NCBI RefSeq assembly: GCF_000150275.1
Contig: NW_002060946.1
Location: 4,793,454-4,857,453, forward strand
Origin: Trichoplax adhaerens
Taxonomy: Eukaryota; Animalia; Placozoa
Direction of reading: 5' to 3'
DNA: 64,000 nt
Shown here: positions 51,451 to 64,000 of the stretch, piece after piece
Layout: each line of letters begins with the position of its first letter
How positions within the stretch are numbered: position 1 is the stretch's first letter
The notes under the pieces: generated by a model
The model's input: only the letters and a program-made list of their open reading frames with translations
Database searches by the model: none
Told to the model about the DNA's origin: nothing
Position numbers and translations under genes: made by a program

Positions 51451-53532
51451 CACTCTGTTCAATACTGAAATTGCGATGATAGGGCTCTGTGTCAATCTCC
51501 TATCTTTGCTATACTGTCACAGCATTTATTGTAATATGTTTCAGTGCCTACATAGCAGTGTCGCAAACACAAACTTCCTTATACCCAGATCTAGCTTTAT
51601 ATACGAATGATAAATTACTTCGATGATGGTTCCACTGCTGAAACGCAAATAGCTTCCTATTTGGAAATATTGAACTTAGTTTTGCTTATGAGAGAGGGTA
51701 AAATCATTTTGCAAGTTCGATACCACTACAAATGGCTGTTTATGGTGTCACGATAGATGGATTATAACCCTATTCCATCGCATTTTCATAAATCGGTAGT
51801 CAATGGATACAGTATGAGAATCCTTGCATGTATTTAATCAATGCTAATCATTTATACCATGTTTAGTTTGACGTTAAAGAACGCATCGATCTAATTGGAT
51901 ATATTGATATAAGCACCGTGCCGCGGACGCGTTGTATTTGTAGCTACATATAGGGACTGATTCACTGTTTAAAACCTAAAATTAATTTACATTGCATTGC
52001 AATGATACACTTAGATGGTGCTCGTATAAAAGCTGCGGTTTTTTAATCCTCGAGTCAGCAGGATTGCACCCGATTAGTCAATTTTTACATGGATCGATTA
52101 TTCATTGAATCATGCTATATCCAATGTACAGTATTCATTTAATTATATTAAATCTACTTTGATAAGATTCTACGCATACGATGGTTTATACAAGTTGATT
52201 CAAAATAATAATTTTGTGCAATTTCCGCAGATCCTGCTAGTGATTACCATCAATTTACAGTAACGCATATGCACAAACCTAAACCACCCAACTGGTAATT
52301 TACAGGTCCCCAACCTAGTCATATAAATATTATTAACTGCAAACAACGGGTCTGAATGGACTTTAAATAAGCTCTGCTTGAAACGGAAATTACAAATGAT
52401 TCACAAAGTAGCAAAATAATACATTAAAAATCCACGTCTCGTTATTGTCGTAATTTAATCGATTCCGGTCGAGAAATGGTCAATAAAGACTGAAATTGAG
52501 AGTATTTTGCATATATTGAACAGATAGTTACATTAATAATACAATCCATAGGTAGTTGCATACTTTTAGGATTAATTCTAAATTCATGTAGAACTTCTTG
52601 GAGGCAATAGGGTATAACTTCACAAGCCTGAGTTTTGTTTCTTAAAAAAATAGCCTTGTCTTTATTAAGATTATGCTACAAAGTAATGATCTTAATATAC
52701 GGACATGATTATTCCTCTACAAGTTGAACAGAACATATGACGGTACATGTACAGCAACATTTTCTGCCATATCGAATGTTCCTGCAGACTGTATAACACT
52801 TTAATAGTACGATCATACTAATACCCCACTATTACTTAGTCATATGTCATTTGTGTATAGAAATATAAAATATCTTGTAATAAAAATAAAGAGCTAAAAT
52901 TTACTTTAGGAAAAATTATTTTACAGTAAGGAATAATTGCTTTGGTAGATTGGTACCATTGCTTTATCAAAGAATATAAAGTTATAAATGTTTTCTATCC
53001 TTCTAAATACAATATGTAATACAATTTACGTCGTTATGCTAAAAATAATTGCAATAATTACTTAGCTAGCGCTGTCGGCTTTTAAATAAATAGAACAACT
53101 TTAATATCATCTCAGTATTGAACCGAAGTCAGTTTATAGCGATATATAAAATTGTTATACTCATATCGTATAATGATATAATTTGGCTAGTCTGCTTACA
53201 TCACGGTTAAAATATCCTAGCGCCTTAACTGCAAACTAACTTTACCAAACATCTTGGATTGTCTTTTGATATATTTATAGGCTTGTTGGAGTTATTATCC
53301 TAGATGTCCCAGGTCAATTCTATTTTTGAGATCTTACAACGCAACTTCTGTAGAAATCGAATATTTACACTGTAGTTGAAACAGATAAACATATACCAGT
53401 TGCTTTATAATAATACGTAACTTAATAATTTGAACAAATTATCTGATGCTGATATGCAATAAAAATGAAGATATCATTAATCAATGTTAGAGCAAATATG
53501 ATCTGAAATCATTACCAGAAAATACGCCATGC

Positions 53533-56500
53533 TTAATCCATTGACTCATAATTAAATCGGCTGCAAGACCGTATAATCCTCCGATTTTGTGCCTATACGT
53601 TGCAATCGATTATGTTCCTATAGCAATAATAAAAACAGTCAGAAAATCGTAACTTGATTTACTTATGATAAGGAAAACAAGCTATCTTAATAATTATAAT
53701 CTTTAAGTAAAGTAAATAATATTACTCTTTCTTTATTATCAATAATATTCTATGTTGTAAATCAGTAACCTGGTTCATCAAACTTTAAAAATTTCAAGTT
53801 ACGTCTCAATTTCGAAAAATATAATTTATGTACCGTACTACTAATAAAATACATGCTTATAACTACATTTAGCTTAAGATATTTACCCTCTCTTCCTCTA
53901 CTAGAAGATGTTTGTCTTCCTCTGCTCGAAGTCTATGATGATGTAACAGTTTTTGGCTTTCATTTCTTGCATGGAAATGCTATTGAAAGCAGCAATTGCA
54001 CGATTTATTAATACGCTTAAAGTCATATAACTATTATTTACACTTAATCAAGCCAATTCCTTCATGTATAATTTCCTTGTATTTTTCCGGAATGATTAGC
54101 TATCAAATACTACACTAGTTAAATCTTTACGATATATTCTACTGAATTATACAGCGATATACAGTAGTTTATAATACCTTATCGCGTTCACTTGCTTGCT
54201 TTCTTATTTGATGTTCTAGCTCTAGTTCCATCTTGCGCATTGCAGCCGCTGCGCGCTACATACAAACGATAGCGATTAATTATGTCAAAATTATCATGGT
54301 CATATAGCGTAAGAGTAAATTACAAATTCGAACGAGATATAGCTATTGACACATAGAACTCAGATCATCATCGAAATATTATGCATGTTGATACTTAAGT
54401 TAACTTAAGCTCGGTTCTATCGATCAATATCACTCGATTAAAATATCATACCCTTAATTTAGCTTCGTTATCTTCTTTTAACAATATTAGATCTTTCATT
54501 AACTTGTTCTGAATTTGCTCCTGCTTTCGATACATACTACCGTGTTCCCTGACCTTTGTATACAAATTATATTCTGCAGCTTCCTCTTTAGTGACAATCC
54601 TCTGCAATGGCGAACAATTCATTAATTAAACAAAGCTGAAATATTATAATTCCTATTGCAAAATTCCGTTATATTTTTCCTTATAAATTTATTGGCTTGG
54701 CATTAATAATTCTACCTTCAATTGCTTTACAGCATCTTCATGCCGTCGTCTAGTACTATTGTAATTCCTCTCTTTCAACCTTTTTTGCCAATCATCTAGT
54801 TTTACTTGACTTCTCTGCTTTTTTCCACGAATTTGCATTTCTAAGACAGCGTTTCTTCGAGCCTCCACTTGCTAATTTTTGGATTAAAACAATAACAAAT
54901 ATTCGCAAATAGTTAGATTCTTTAATTGCTTTACACGGTTGTATGGTATAGTTATGCCGCCAGAAATCAAAAGTTAATAAAAATTATTACCTCGACTTTA
55001 TCGATCATTTGTTGCCTTTTGGCTTCTCTAACTAAATATTCTGCGTTTTCTTGAGCCCTTCGTTGCGCTTGTGAATTACGTTGCAAGTTAGTACGAATAT
55101 CAGTCATTGCTCTTCCTTCTGTTCTCCATAAATAGTAGACCGGTATAGCAAAGCAAAGAAAGCAATTGATCAGCAATGACTGAAAAAATAATTACTGATA
55201 TACTAATGAGTGAAGGCTGACATACCATCGCGACTCTTCTCCGATAGAGACTCCTTCGCATTTCGAAGTTCGTTACTAAACCTTCTTTTATTAAAGTAGT
55301 ACTGATTGGATACACTTTCCATAGTACTATAAATCAAAAAGATATCATTATAAATTCACTAATTAGTTAAGTAAGCTGTAGTAACACTCTACAGCCATCT
55401 TGATTTCTTTAATTATTTATTACTAGATAAATAATCTTATTCGTCTGATAATCTTTGTTTCAAGAAACTTAGTACAGGGGACTAAAAGAAAACTTACGTA
55501 TTAAACTACGCAATTCAAAATTAACGAATAATGGTATCCGAACAAGTGCATACAGTTAATTTAACTTACTTTAGATTTTTTTCAACTTCAACATCTTTAT
55601 CTAAGCTATCCTATAATCAAAAATTTCATTCCCAAATTATTTGAATAAGAAATAAAAAGCGCTATAATTGACTTTACATTATTAAAAAGGCTAACAGCAC
55701 AAAGCAAAAGTCGCTAAGATTAAAATAACGTACGCGAAGTTTCGATGATATAAGTTGCTTATGAACTCTAAAATAATGGCGATAAATTAGATGACATCAA
55801 TACAGAACGTAGTAGCTAATAAAATTAAAGAAAGATTAAAATTACTCTTGATCTTCCAAGATCTTCTTTCTACTTGCTTGTAGTTCCATATTGGTCGATA
55901 AAGATAAATCTGCGAGCTCTTGTTTTAGTTTAAATTGCTCTTCCTGTCATAATATGAATATTCGATCCAGATTAATTAATAATCTGCTGTCTGAAGGTAC
56001 TAATATTATCAAAGATAGCCGCCATTGCTTCACCTCGTTATGTTTAAATTTTTGCTGAAAGTCTGATGATAAATGTTCTAGCTCTTGCTCTTTCAATGCT
56101 AACTTAGCGGCTACTGCTTCGTACTTCCTTTTTAGCTCGTTTCTGTAATAATTTCATAATTATTATTATAAATGCTAACACAAAAACTAAAGCAATAGGC
56201 ACATCAATTATTAATCGCATTTATTATATCATATATATTCTAGATTCCATATCAAGAGCAAAAATATATTAAAAAACGTAAAACTTACGATACTAATGTG
56301 TGCTTTCTTCCAGCGTCTTTAATTTTTTGAGAGAAGTTTATCCGATCGTTAATGGAAAATTTAGTATCCTATTAAATTAAATTAAAAAGTACAAAAGTGA
56401 TTAGATTAAAATATGAATAAGTCACTGAAATCAATATTAATTACCAATTTTTATTATTGTAAAGAATATAATACCTCGATCTTTAATCGATCATGCTGTC

Positions 56501-57565
56501 TTTTAGTACTAACTATTCGTTCATCATTTTCTCGAATCATTTGCTCTTCCGCTCGATCTTTCTTGCTAATTGCTATTAATAAATTGAAGCAAATCAGATG
56601 TTATCTCACTAACTAATCCAATCTCTGAAATAAGAATTTAATCATTCCACTTGAACACGAGAACGAACTATAAATAAATAAGATTTTTAACAGTCTCAAA
56701 AATATATTTTGTATCATTCACTAGCATAATTATTTTTCCCTAAAAGTTATACTTTCAAGATAATAAAGCATATGAAATTTAATCTTACTGACATCATATT
56801 CATCCATAATATATAGGATATTTCTACGATACAGTGATTTACATACACTTTTCAATAACTCTCATCGTTCTTCGCAATGTCTGTTGTGATTTGATGATAT
56901 CTCCTTCAGCACGTTTTAATTCACGCTCTTCTTGTTTATGCTTCCACATATGATCTTCGATAGCTTTCATATGTTGTCCAAACTGCTGTTCATGATCCGT
57001 CATTTGTTGACTCAAGCTGACAACATCTTTAGCACGCTTAGGATAATTTACATCATGGTGTACAATTTTCTTCTTGATCGTTTTAATATAACGCTCCGAA
57101 TCTAGATATCCTAGAGGGCCGCCCTTCCTTTCTTGTTGTTGATCACTATTAAGATCGTGCAATATAGCATCGCAAAAATTGAAACGTTAACTACATTAAA
57201 TTGTTCTGACGGCCGTACTATAGATACGGATATTACCAAGTCAAGTAAGAAAATAAATGAAGATAAAATTATTTCACATAAAGTATTTACTACCCTATTT
57301 TACTAGTTTAAGTTAGCATCACCACTGTGATTGCGCTATAATATTTTAATTGTTAATTGTCCTAACCACTGTACCCAGTATCATAGGTGTAAACGTACCG
57401 AATAAAGTTGGGAAAATCATGTATTTCTTCTTCTTTGCTCTTTTTCTCCTTGGGAGGATCTTTTCTATACTTTGATACAATTTCAGGCAATTCTTCAACG
57501 TTAATAATTTCTAAATTTTTATACCGCTGATGTAAAAGCGGCTCACGACCGAACGTCAACACCAT
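53533..57565 (-). CDS. Uncharacterised long coiled-coil protein, probably ciliary; multi-exon
   Basis: In-phase exons MVLTFGREPLLHQRY...FIR | DQQQERKGGPLGYLDSERY...EDHMWKHKQEERELKRAEGDIIKSQQ... continue through E/K/R/Q-rich helical exons to ...EEER | AQNRRIIRSCSRFNYESMD*. X-box upstream. Not every internal exon boundary was checked. Confidence 0.75.
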
Positions 57566-57905
57566 GATTATATTATGAAATTTAAGATATGATCGTATCG
57601 GTGGTAGAATATTGTTGATGTTTAAGCCTTTAAAATAGTGATCTTAATTGAAACATGTAGTCGATCCTGAGACAATTCGGCATCCAACACAAGGTAATAT
57701 TGCAGAGTATTCCCAGGTCTAATTTAATGGTATCAATACGAACAAGATCGCTATATTGCAGTTAAATAAACTCGTGGAATGTTATTGCTGATCAAGCCCT
57801 CTATAGTCTAATTACTATTAGTAGAGTAATCCTGAATTAACTGATACAAAAAATAAGCTCTATGTCAAGAACTGAGATGTATATCGTATAGCCTTAGATG
57901 CTGGA

Positions 57906-57919
57906 GTTGCTATGGAAAC
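57906..57919. promoter_or_regulatory. RFX X-box
   Basis: GTTGCTATGGAAAC is a canonical X-box, ~340 bp upstream of the ATG at 57565 (- strand). Confidence 0.75.
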
Positions 57920-60832
57920 GCTCGTAATACAACGCAGAATTGTTATTATACAGCAACTTTAATCAAAATAGCCTAACAGCAATTGTATGGTTGATAGGCA
58001 TAGTCAGAGTGAACATATAGGGAATCCTATAGGAGCAACGAGCTCGATATGTTAAATATATAAGATCTCTGGCTATCGATAGTACCACATAAATCCTCTG
58101 CCTGCTTTCCCTATAAAATCTGAACGCTAAAATACTTTAGGTTCGATCCACGATTTCCTAAAGACTCATACATATAGTTTTGGATAGAGATAGTGCTCAC
58201 TAAAGTGGCACTATACAAGAACAAATAATTAAATTAGTATTGGTTAATTATGAATCATTTTAAGAATGTTTTAGTTATATTATGTACTATAAAAGCTAAT
58301 GTACTGTTTCGATATCATAACGTTATAATGAAAAATCGCTTACTTTAATTAAAAAGACAAAAAGGACTTGATAAAGCCCTTTAACATCTGTAATACCTCC
58401 ACACTGAGATCTCATCCAATATTGGAAAGTTTATTCATGTATTGGTAGTAGCCTTTATTAATTACATAATAAGAGAGCGGATATAGCGTATTCCGGTCAG
58501 TAAAAATAGTAAGAAACAATAAATATCGTCACTGTATACTACTCCTTTTGACCGATGCTAGTTTCTCATTCCAGAAAATGAGACCCAATGACTACTATTT
58601 ACAAAAGTGGCTTTAGTAATACGAGTAAAGACATACCATCATCGTGCTTTTCATGATTAGATGATTACTTAAGTAAAAAGGTGTAAGTTGTTTAGTTGTT
58701 TAGTTGTTTAAAAGACAACAATGTTAATTGTTATAGACCATACGGTAAAAAAGTTAATTATGTATAACAGGTGAAATGAACTATCGATATCTTATCCTAA
58801 ATATAACGCTATTCAACACTCTATCAGCAATTAGTCAGCTATTTGGCAATATCTGATGTAAGATTAATATATATATCATGCACGATAATTGTATAATTGT
58901 TAATGTAGCAGCAGGATTTTGGTTTAAATTAATACATCTCTAAACTATCTCTTCACTTTCATTGAGCAAACTATGATTTATTTATAAATCAGCCAATTTT
59001 ATCTCTATCTCGCACTGTGCCACAATAGACAGCAATAAGACAAATCGCTGTCACAAATTTTAAAGATGTTATGAAATAAAACATGGCATAAACGATTACA
59101 TCAGATATAATTATGTAATTAGATCTAGTAATTAATCTTGATTGGGATATGTCATGGACTACTAGAACAGACCATGGTCAATTTTTAGTTGTCCTTGGAT
59201 ATGCCCATACCTCTCATTTCAACCAATTATCAAGAAATATATTCCAGTTTCTGGGTACCACAGAACATATTTTTATTCTACGTGCCTCGATTTACATTCA
59301 GTATCATATATTTTACGATGGCTCTCTATTTAATTGTGCATTCTATTCAATCGAAGATCATTATTCACATGCAATTAAACGGTAAACATTATTTTTCATT
59401 GCACGATTCTGGTACAAAATTATGATTTGTTATAAGTATGCCCTTCACCTGTTCCATAGTTAATACAATATATTAATTATCTACCGCAAATGCGTTTTAT
59501 GCTTGAATAATTTTGTAAAGAAAGAATTTAACGCCATTCAATATTCAGTGCTGATAAAGGCAAATAGGTTACGTAAATACTAGGGCGTTTTATTAAAAGG
59601 GTTTAAATTAAAGGGTGCCTTATCGTCTCTGAGAAGATAAACCTGGTTTTACTTACATTGTCAGCGGAAATGTACTCCCTGAAAGCTGAAGAATATAAAT
59701 TAGAATCTTAAAATGAGTGAGTGCGGCTTATGGAGACGATATTATCGTTCATGACTAGAATTATAAAAAAAGTAAAGTAGTTAATGGTACTTTCACGATT
59801 TGATTTCATAACATTCACTTTGAAATGCGATATACGGTAGCTATCAATTCTTCAAATAATATCTTTTATCATTTTATTATGCACCTAATTTAAAATTTTA
59901 TGGTCTGTATGATGTGCGTATATCTTGCAATTCTATGGAGCTGTAGGCTAAATAAGATGTATTGGTATTTATTGAGAATTAGGCCTATAGTGAAAGTTAC
60001 CAATATTATCTCACGTAATAAATGCTTCTAATTTCCAAAATGATCATTGATAACGATATTCATGATTTTAAATTACGTGATTTTTAGTCGTTTGGAAGTG
60101 AATATTCTTTATTTAGCTTATTGCAGTGTAGCAATGAGGTTAATACGATAAATGATAAGATTGAATACTCCTGTATAGTAATCAACGATCATATTGCTAT
60201 ATAGATTTTATACTTGTTGGTATAGTATCAGTTACGATACTAGCCAATTGTTTTGAAGCCTCCCTAATAATTAGTTAGTGATGTAATCATGATTATATGA
60301 CATAGCAGCAAGCTAACACAGCATCCGCAGCGTATTTTTATTATGCTAAAAATATGCGGTATAGCATACATGACTTAAAAGTAATGATTAATGTACGCTG
60401 TAAGAATTATAAATTTGATAGGATAATACAGTAACTTAATATACGCTATAATACCCTTTAATTTCGACTATCAAAATGTCGATATCTGTCCCATTTCACA
60501 TCGCCTAGAATACTATAGATGTAAACTCAAACCGCTTGAAAGCCAATTAGAAGCTGGGTACAATTAGGTTGGTGTAAACAGTTCAGCCGTAAATAGTCTG
60601 TTCTTTCCATAAAATTTTATTAATTGCCAAAATACTTTTTATTTAATGCTCATATATTTCACATCACATCGTTAGAACGCATAGTTCTATCGAATATTGC
60701 ATCTAATGCGATACAAAGGTATAACATGTGCATAGCTATTTCACCGGTATTTAGGTGTGATTTCTAAAATATAACTGCATCTTACTCTATCAATATAAAT
60801 CACTTTTTTCTTTACGTGATCAAGAAATTTAT

Positions 60833-62490
60833 TTAAAACCACCAAGCCGGTTGAGTTGGTGCCTGAGTTGGGGGATCAGTTGGTTGTGGGCCACCACTAC
60901 CAGGAGTCATAGTAAAATCGACACGGCTAACACCGCTAGAAGAAACAGTTACAGATTTGGTGGTAGAGGAGAAACCAGAAGCAGAGGCAGTAACGGAGTA
61001 AGTACCAGGTAGAAGAAGACGCCAGTATTCTCCATCAGTGGTAGATTTGATTACTTTACCACGGCCCTATTATGTATAATTATTATTGCATATGGATATC
61101 AGTTTTGATTGATGTAATTAATGTATACCATGAATTATCACTTGTGAGAACACTAATATTGTAAACATGATCAGTGCTAAAGCCATCAATAAAAATAAAA
61201 AATAATTTTACGTGTTGTAATTAGTAATTAGAATCCTAACCTGGACAGAAATAGAAGCACCAGAGACTCTGCTACCTTGATTATCAGTAACGATACCTTT
61301 GATACCTTGGTGAACTTGTTCCATATAAGTCAATAAAGCGTTCTTGTTATCTTGCCAGAAGCCAGATAGTTGACTGCCTACTGGATATTTCGTGCAGCTA
61401 AGTTCCAAAGTAATTTCGAAGCAATTGCTCTGTTGGTAGTTGTAATCTTGCATACCACCTATTTGAGAAGGAAATAACAAGTTTACATCCCAGAACTTAG
61501 GTTATTATAGCGTATATGTCGGTATAACTTGTTAGCAAGTTATATTACATTTAACTACAGTATTTATCATGGCATATAAGTGTTACATCCAAAAGAAACC
61601 TTTCTAAATCATTCATAAATTAGTAACAGATAAATACACTTAGAATTATCATATCGTTAAATTCATGAGAAATTACCAGTCAAAGGATACCAGTCGGCAC
61701 CATTGGTGATACCGTCTTGGAAAGATTCGGAAGATCCAGGGCATCGACGACCCTTGGACATAGAAGCGTGAGCAAAAGAGTAGGCTTTAGATAAGTCCTT
61801 GAAAATGTCGTCGTCAGATGTAGGACTGTAGACAGCAGAATGTTGAAGATTGTCATCATATGGATAGTTAGCAACCAAGGCACCACCGTGAAGATTGGCG
61901 GAGATTACAAATGGATAGCTTGCAATCCAGTTAATGACAGCAGTTGTTTCGACTTCAGCAGCACGAGGTTGGATTAAACCTCGGACATAGTTGGTAGAGA
62001 CAGGGAAATTACGATTTAAATCGATACCACGAGCATTATAACGGCCAGTGACGCCAGATGAATCGCCTTCTTGAGCTCTTTCCCAACCATCGGGATTCAT
62101 GGTGGGCATGATATGTAAGCGAGTAGAATCTACAAGATTCTTAACACGAGTATCACTAGGATAGTTGGTACAGATGTATTCGATCAAAAACAACAACAAT
62201 TCACGTCCAGTAACTTCATTGCCGTGCATGTTGCCAACATATTTAAGTTCTGGTTCAAGAGACTCATGTTGTCCTGGATTGTCAGAAATTTCCATAACGT
62301 ATAATTTTCTACCTTCAACGGATGTACCGATATCGTACAATCTCATGATAGAGGGGCAACGGTTGGCTTGATTTTGCATAAAAGATCGCAATTGAGTATA
62401 GCTATGATGGGAATAGCTGGTAGGATCGACATCTGCGATGGTCGTTCCAGCAATTGCCAGTGTTAGGAGCAAGGTAGTAAGAAATGCCAT
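60833..62490 (-). CDS. Secreted single-domain M14B (carboxypeptidase D/E/M/N-type) metallocarboxypeptidase; 3 coding exons
   Basis: Signal peptide MAFLTTLLLTLAIAG, GNMHGNE (Zn ligands), DLNRNFP, ANLHGG (third Zn ligand), GITNGADWY, GGMQDYNY, FEITLELSC (catalytic Glu), transthyretin-like domain (GIKGIV...GEYWRLLLPGTY). Ends PTDPPTQAPTQPAWWF*. Confidence 0.93.
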
Positions 62491-62552
62491 TATCGCAACG
62501 AAGATAGACTTGGTGATGCAAGAATAACAACGTACAATAAACTATGCGTTAT

Positions 62553-62559
62553 TTTTATA
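62553..62559 (-). promoter_or_regulatory. TATA box of the carboxypeptidase gene
   Basis: TATAAAA on the minus strand ~65 bp upstream of the ATG at 62490. Confidence 0.5.
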
Positions 62560-64000
62560 ACTTCGGCGTAACCTTGCTCGAATAACGGAGTCAATTGCTG
62601 TCATTGATGACAATGTCAAGATTGACTGTTGTAATCCATTAATAATGTAAATAAATAACTAATCCTTCAACAAATAACATAGCTTACCGTAAGTATTTAG
62701 ATACTCTATCGTGAGGATGACACACAATTTTTCAGAATTACAGATTATGTGGATAAAGCAGATGAAAATTCCATGAATTTATATCACTGATAGATGAATA
62801 CAAACCTTAGATAAATGTGTTCATAAAGCCTTTCATATTACCTTAAGCTAGTATGTTCCGTTCATTTTTACAATATAAAAATAAAACTGCCGCCGGTAAT
62901 TAAGAAATTGAATAGAATATTAGTGCACTACGGTAAAAAATTAATGAAGATAAAGGGTGATAGATTAAATCGCTTATCACGAGACCAATAGTATTGTAAA
63001 ATAGAATGTTTATTTAGCTATCGAACTGGAGGAGAGTCATTAATAAGATTAGCGACGCCTAATTTGATCACAAAAAAATGGGATATAAAATTTGCATATT
63101 ACTATTTAATGAGATCCGTAATTGAATACTATATCATTGTGGCTATTTATTCAAACAAAATTGAGCCCTAGGTGATTTATGGTCTATGTTGTTTTAACCC
63201 ATTATCGTGCCAATCCCTTAAATTTAATTCCTGAAAATTGGTATAAAGGACACTTTCAGCATGCTTGTTTTTACTGTAGAAATATCCATCAATATATATT
63301 AACCTGTTACCTTCATGCTATTAGGGTAAGAGAAAACAAGTAAATTAAAGAGAAGATAAATTTAAACATTGTACAGTAATTGTAGAGGCGTCATTTCAGT
63401 CAACTTAAATAAGATCATAACTATCGAATATTATCATCAAGTAATAGTGATTTAATCGCCGCAATAAACCGAAAAGAATATGGTAAGCCATGCAATACGA
63501 TATTAATAAACACCTCTATTTCAACAATGTTTTCTTAACGGTTTGAGGATATGCACAATAAATTAATAAAATGCTTGTTCACGTGCTGTACAAAAATCAT
63601 TGCTATTCCAATCTTCACTAAAAATGTGACTTTTCAATTCTCATAATCTACGAAATTATGGTCTAAAAATTGTGACGAAATTAATACTATCAATGTACAG
63701 ATACGGAACAGCTTCAGCAATTTTATGTACTACTATTATGTATTATATTCAACGCTAAATATCTATAATTTTACTCTACTTTTTAATCAAATTTATTGAA
63801 ATGATTACTAAGACATTGTTGATCTGGACATTGTACTCATGAATATGTACGATTTCGTTTCATTTTACCGATAACTAGCCTTTAACTTATAGCTTTAATT
63901 CAGGTTATGTCATAATAAATATTTTTCAACAGTACATCAAATCATTAATATTCATGTGATTACTATTGCGATTACATCCACCATAGGTTCTAAACTCGCT

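Noticed and set aside
58070-58160. GGTTCGATCC B-box as a tRNA or SINE
   Set aside because: No cloverleaf, acceptor stem or properly spaced A-box.
62711-62735. GGATGACACACAATTT resembling the U6 snRNA 3' region
   Set aside because: Short match only; the ACAGAGA box and the rest of U6 are absent.

Overview
AT-rich eukaryotic (animal) genomic DNA with compact multi-exon genes and short introns. Composition, intron sizes and gene content suggest a placozoan (Trichoplax-like) genome; this is inference. Most ORF-track entries are exon fragments or antisense noise, so I rebuilt the genes by hand from splice sites. Gene order: NRF-6/OACYL-like acyltransferase (+, 5' end outside the window), GAR1 (+), CFAP96/C4orf47 (-), NUDT13-like Nudix hydrolase (-), RPL34 (+), intronless ELOVL6-like elongase (-), an ~11.7 kb gene-poor interval, a coiled-coil protein with a divergent UBAN-like segment (+), two head-to-head TMEM243-like paralogs separated by a ~7-copy 176-179 bp tandem array, GGPS1 (-), a tentative 133-aa orphan gene (-), a long coiled-coil gene with an RFX X-box (-), and a secreted M14B carboxypeptidase (-). 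Best leads: (1) a UBAN-like motif with Asn at the position of the loss-of-binding D->N mutation; (2) the TMEM243-like pair, one copy carrying a His/Thr/Gly-rich tail; (3) structured candidate poison exons in GAR1 and RPL34 introns; (4) an X-box-linked unnamed candidate ciliary gene. No rRNA, tRNA, CRISPR array or autonomous transposon is supportable.
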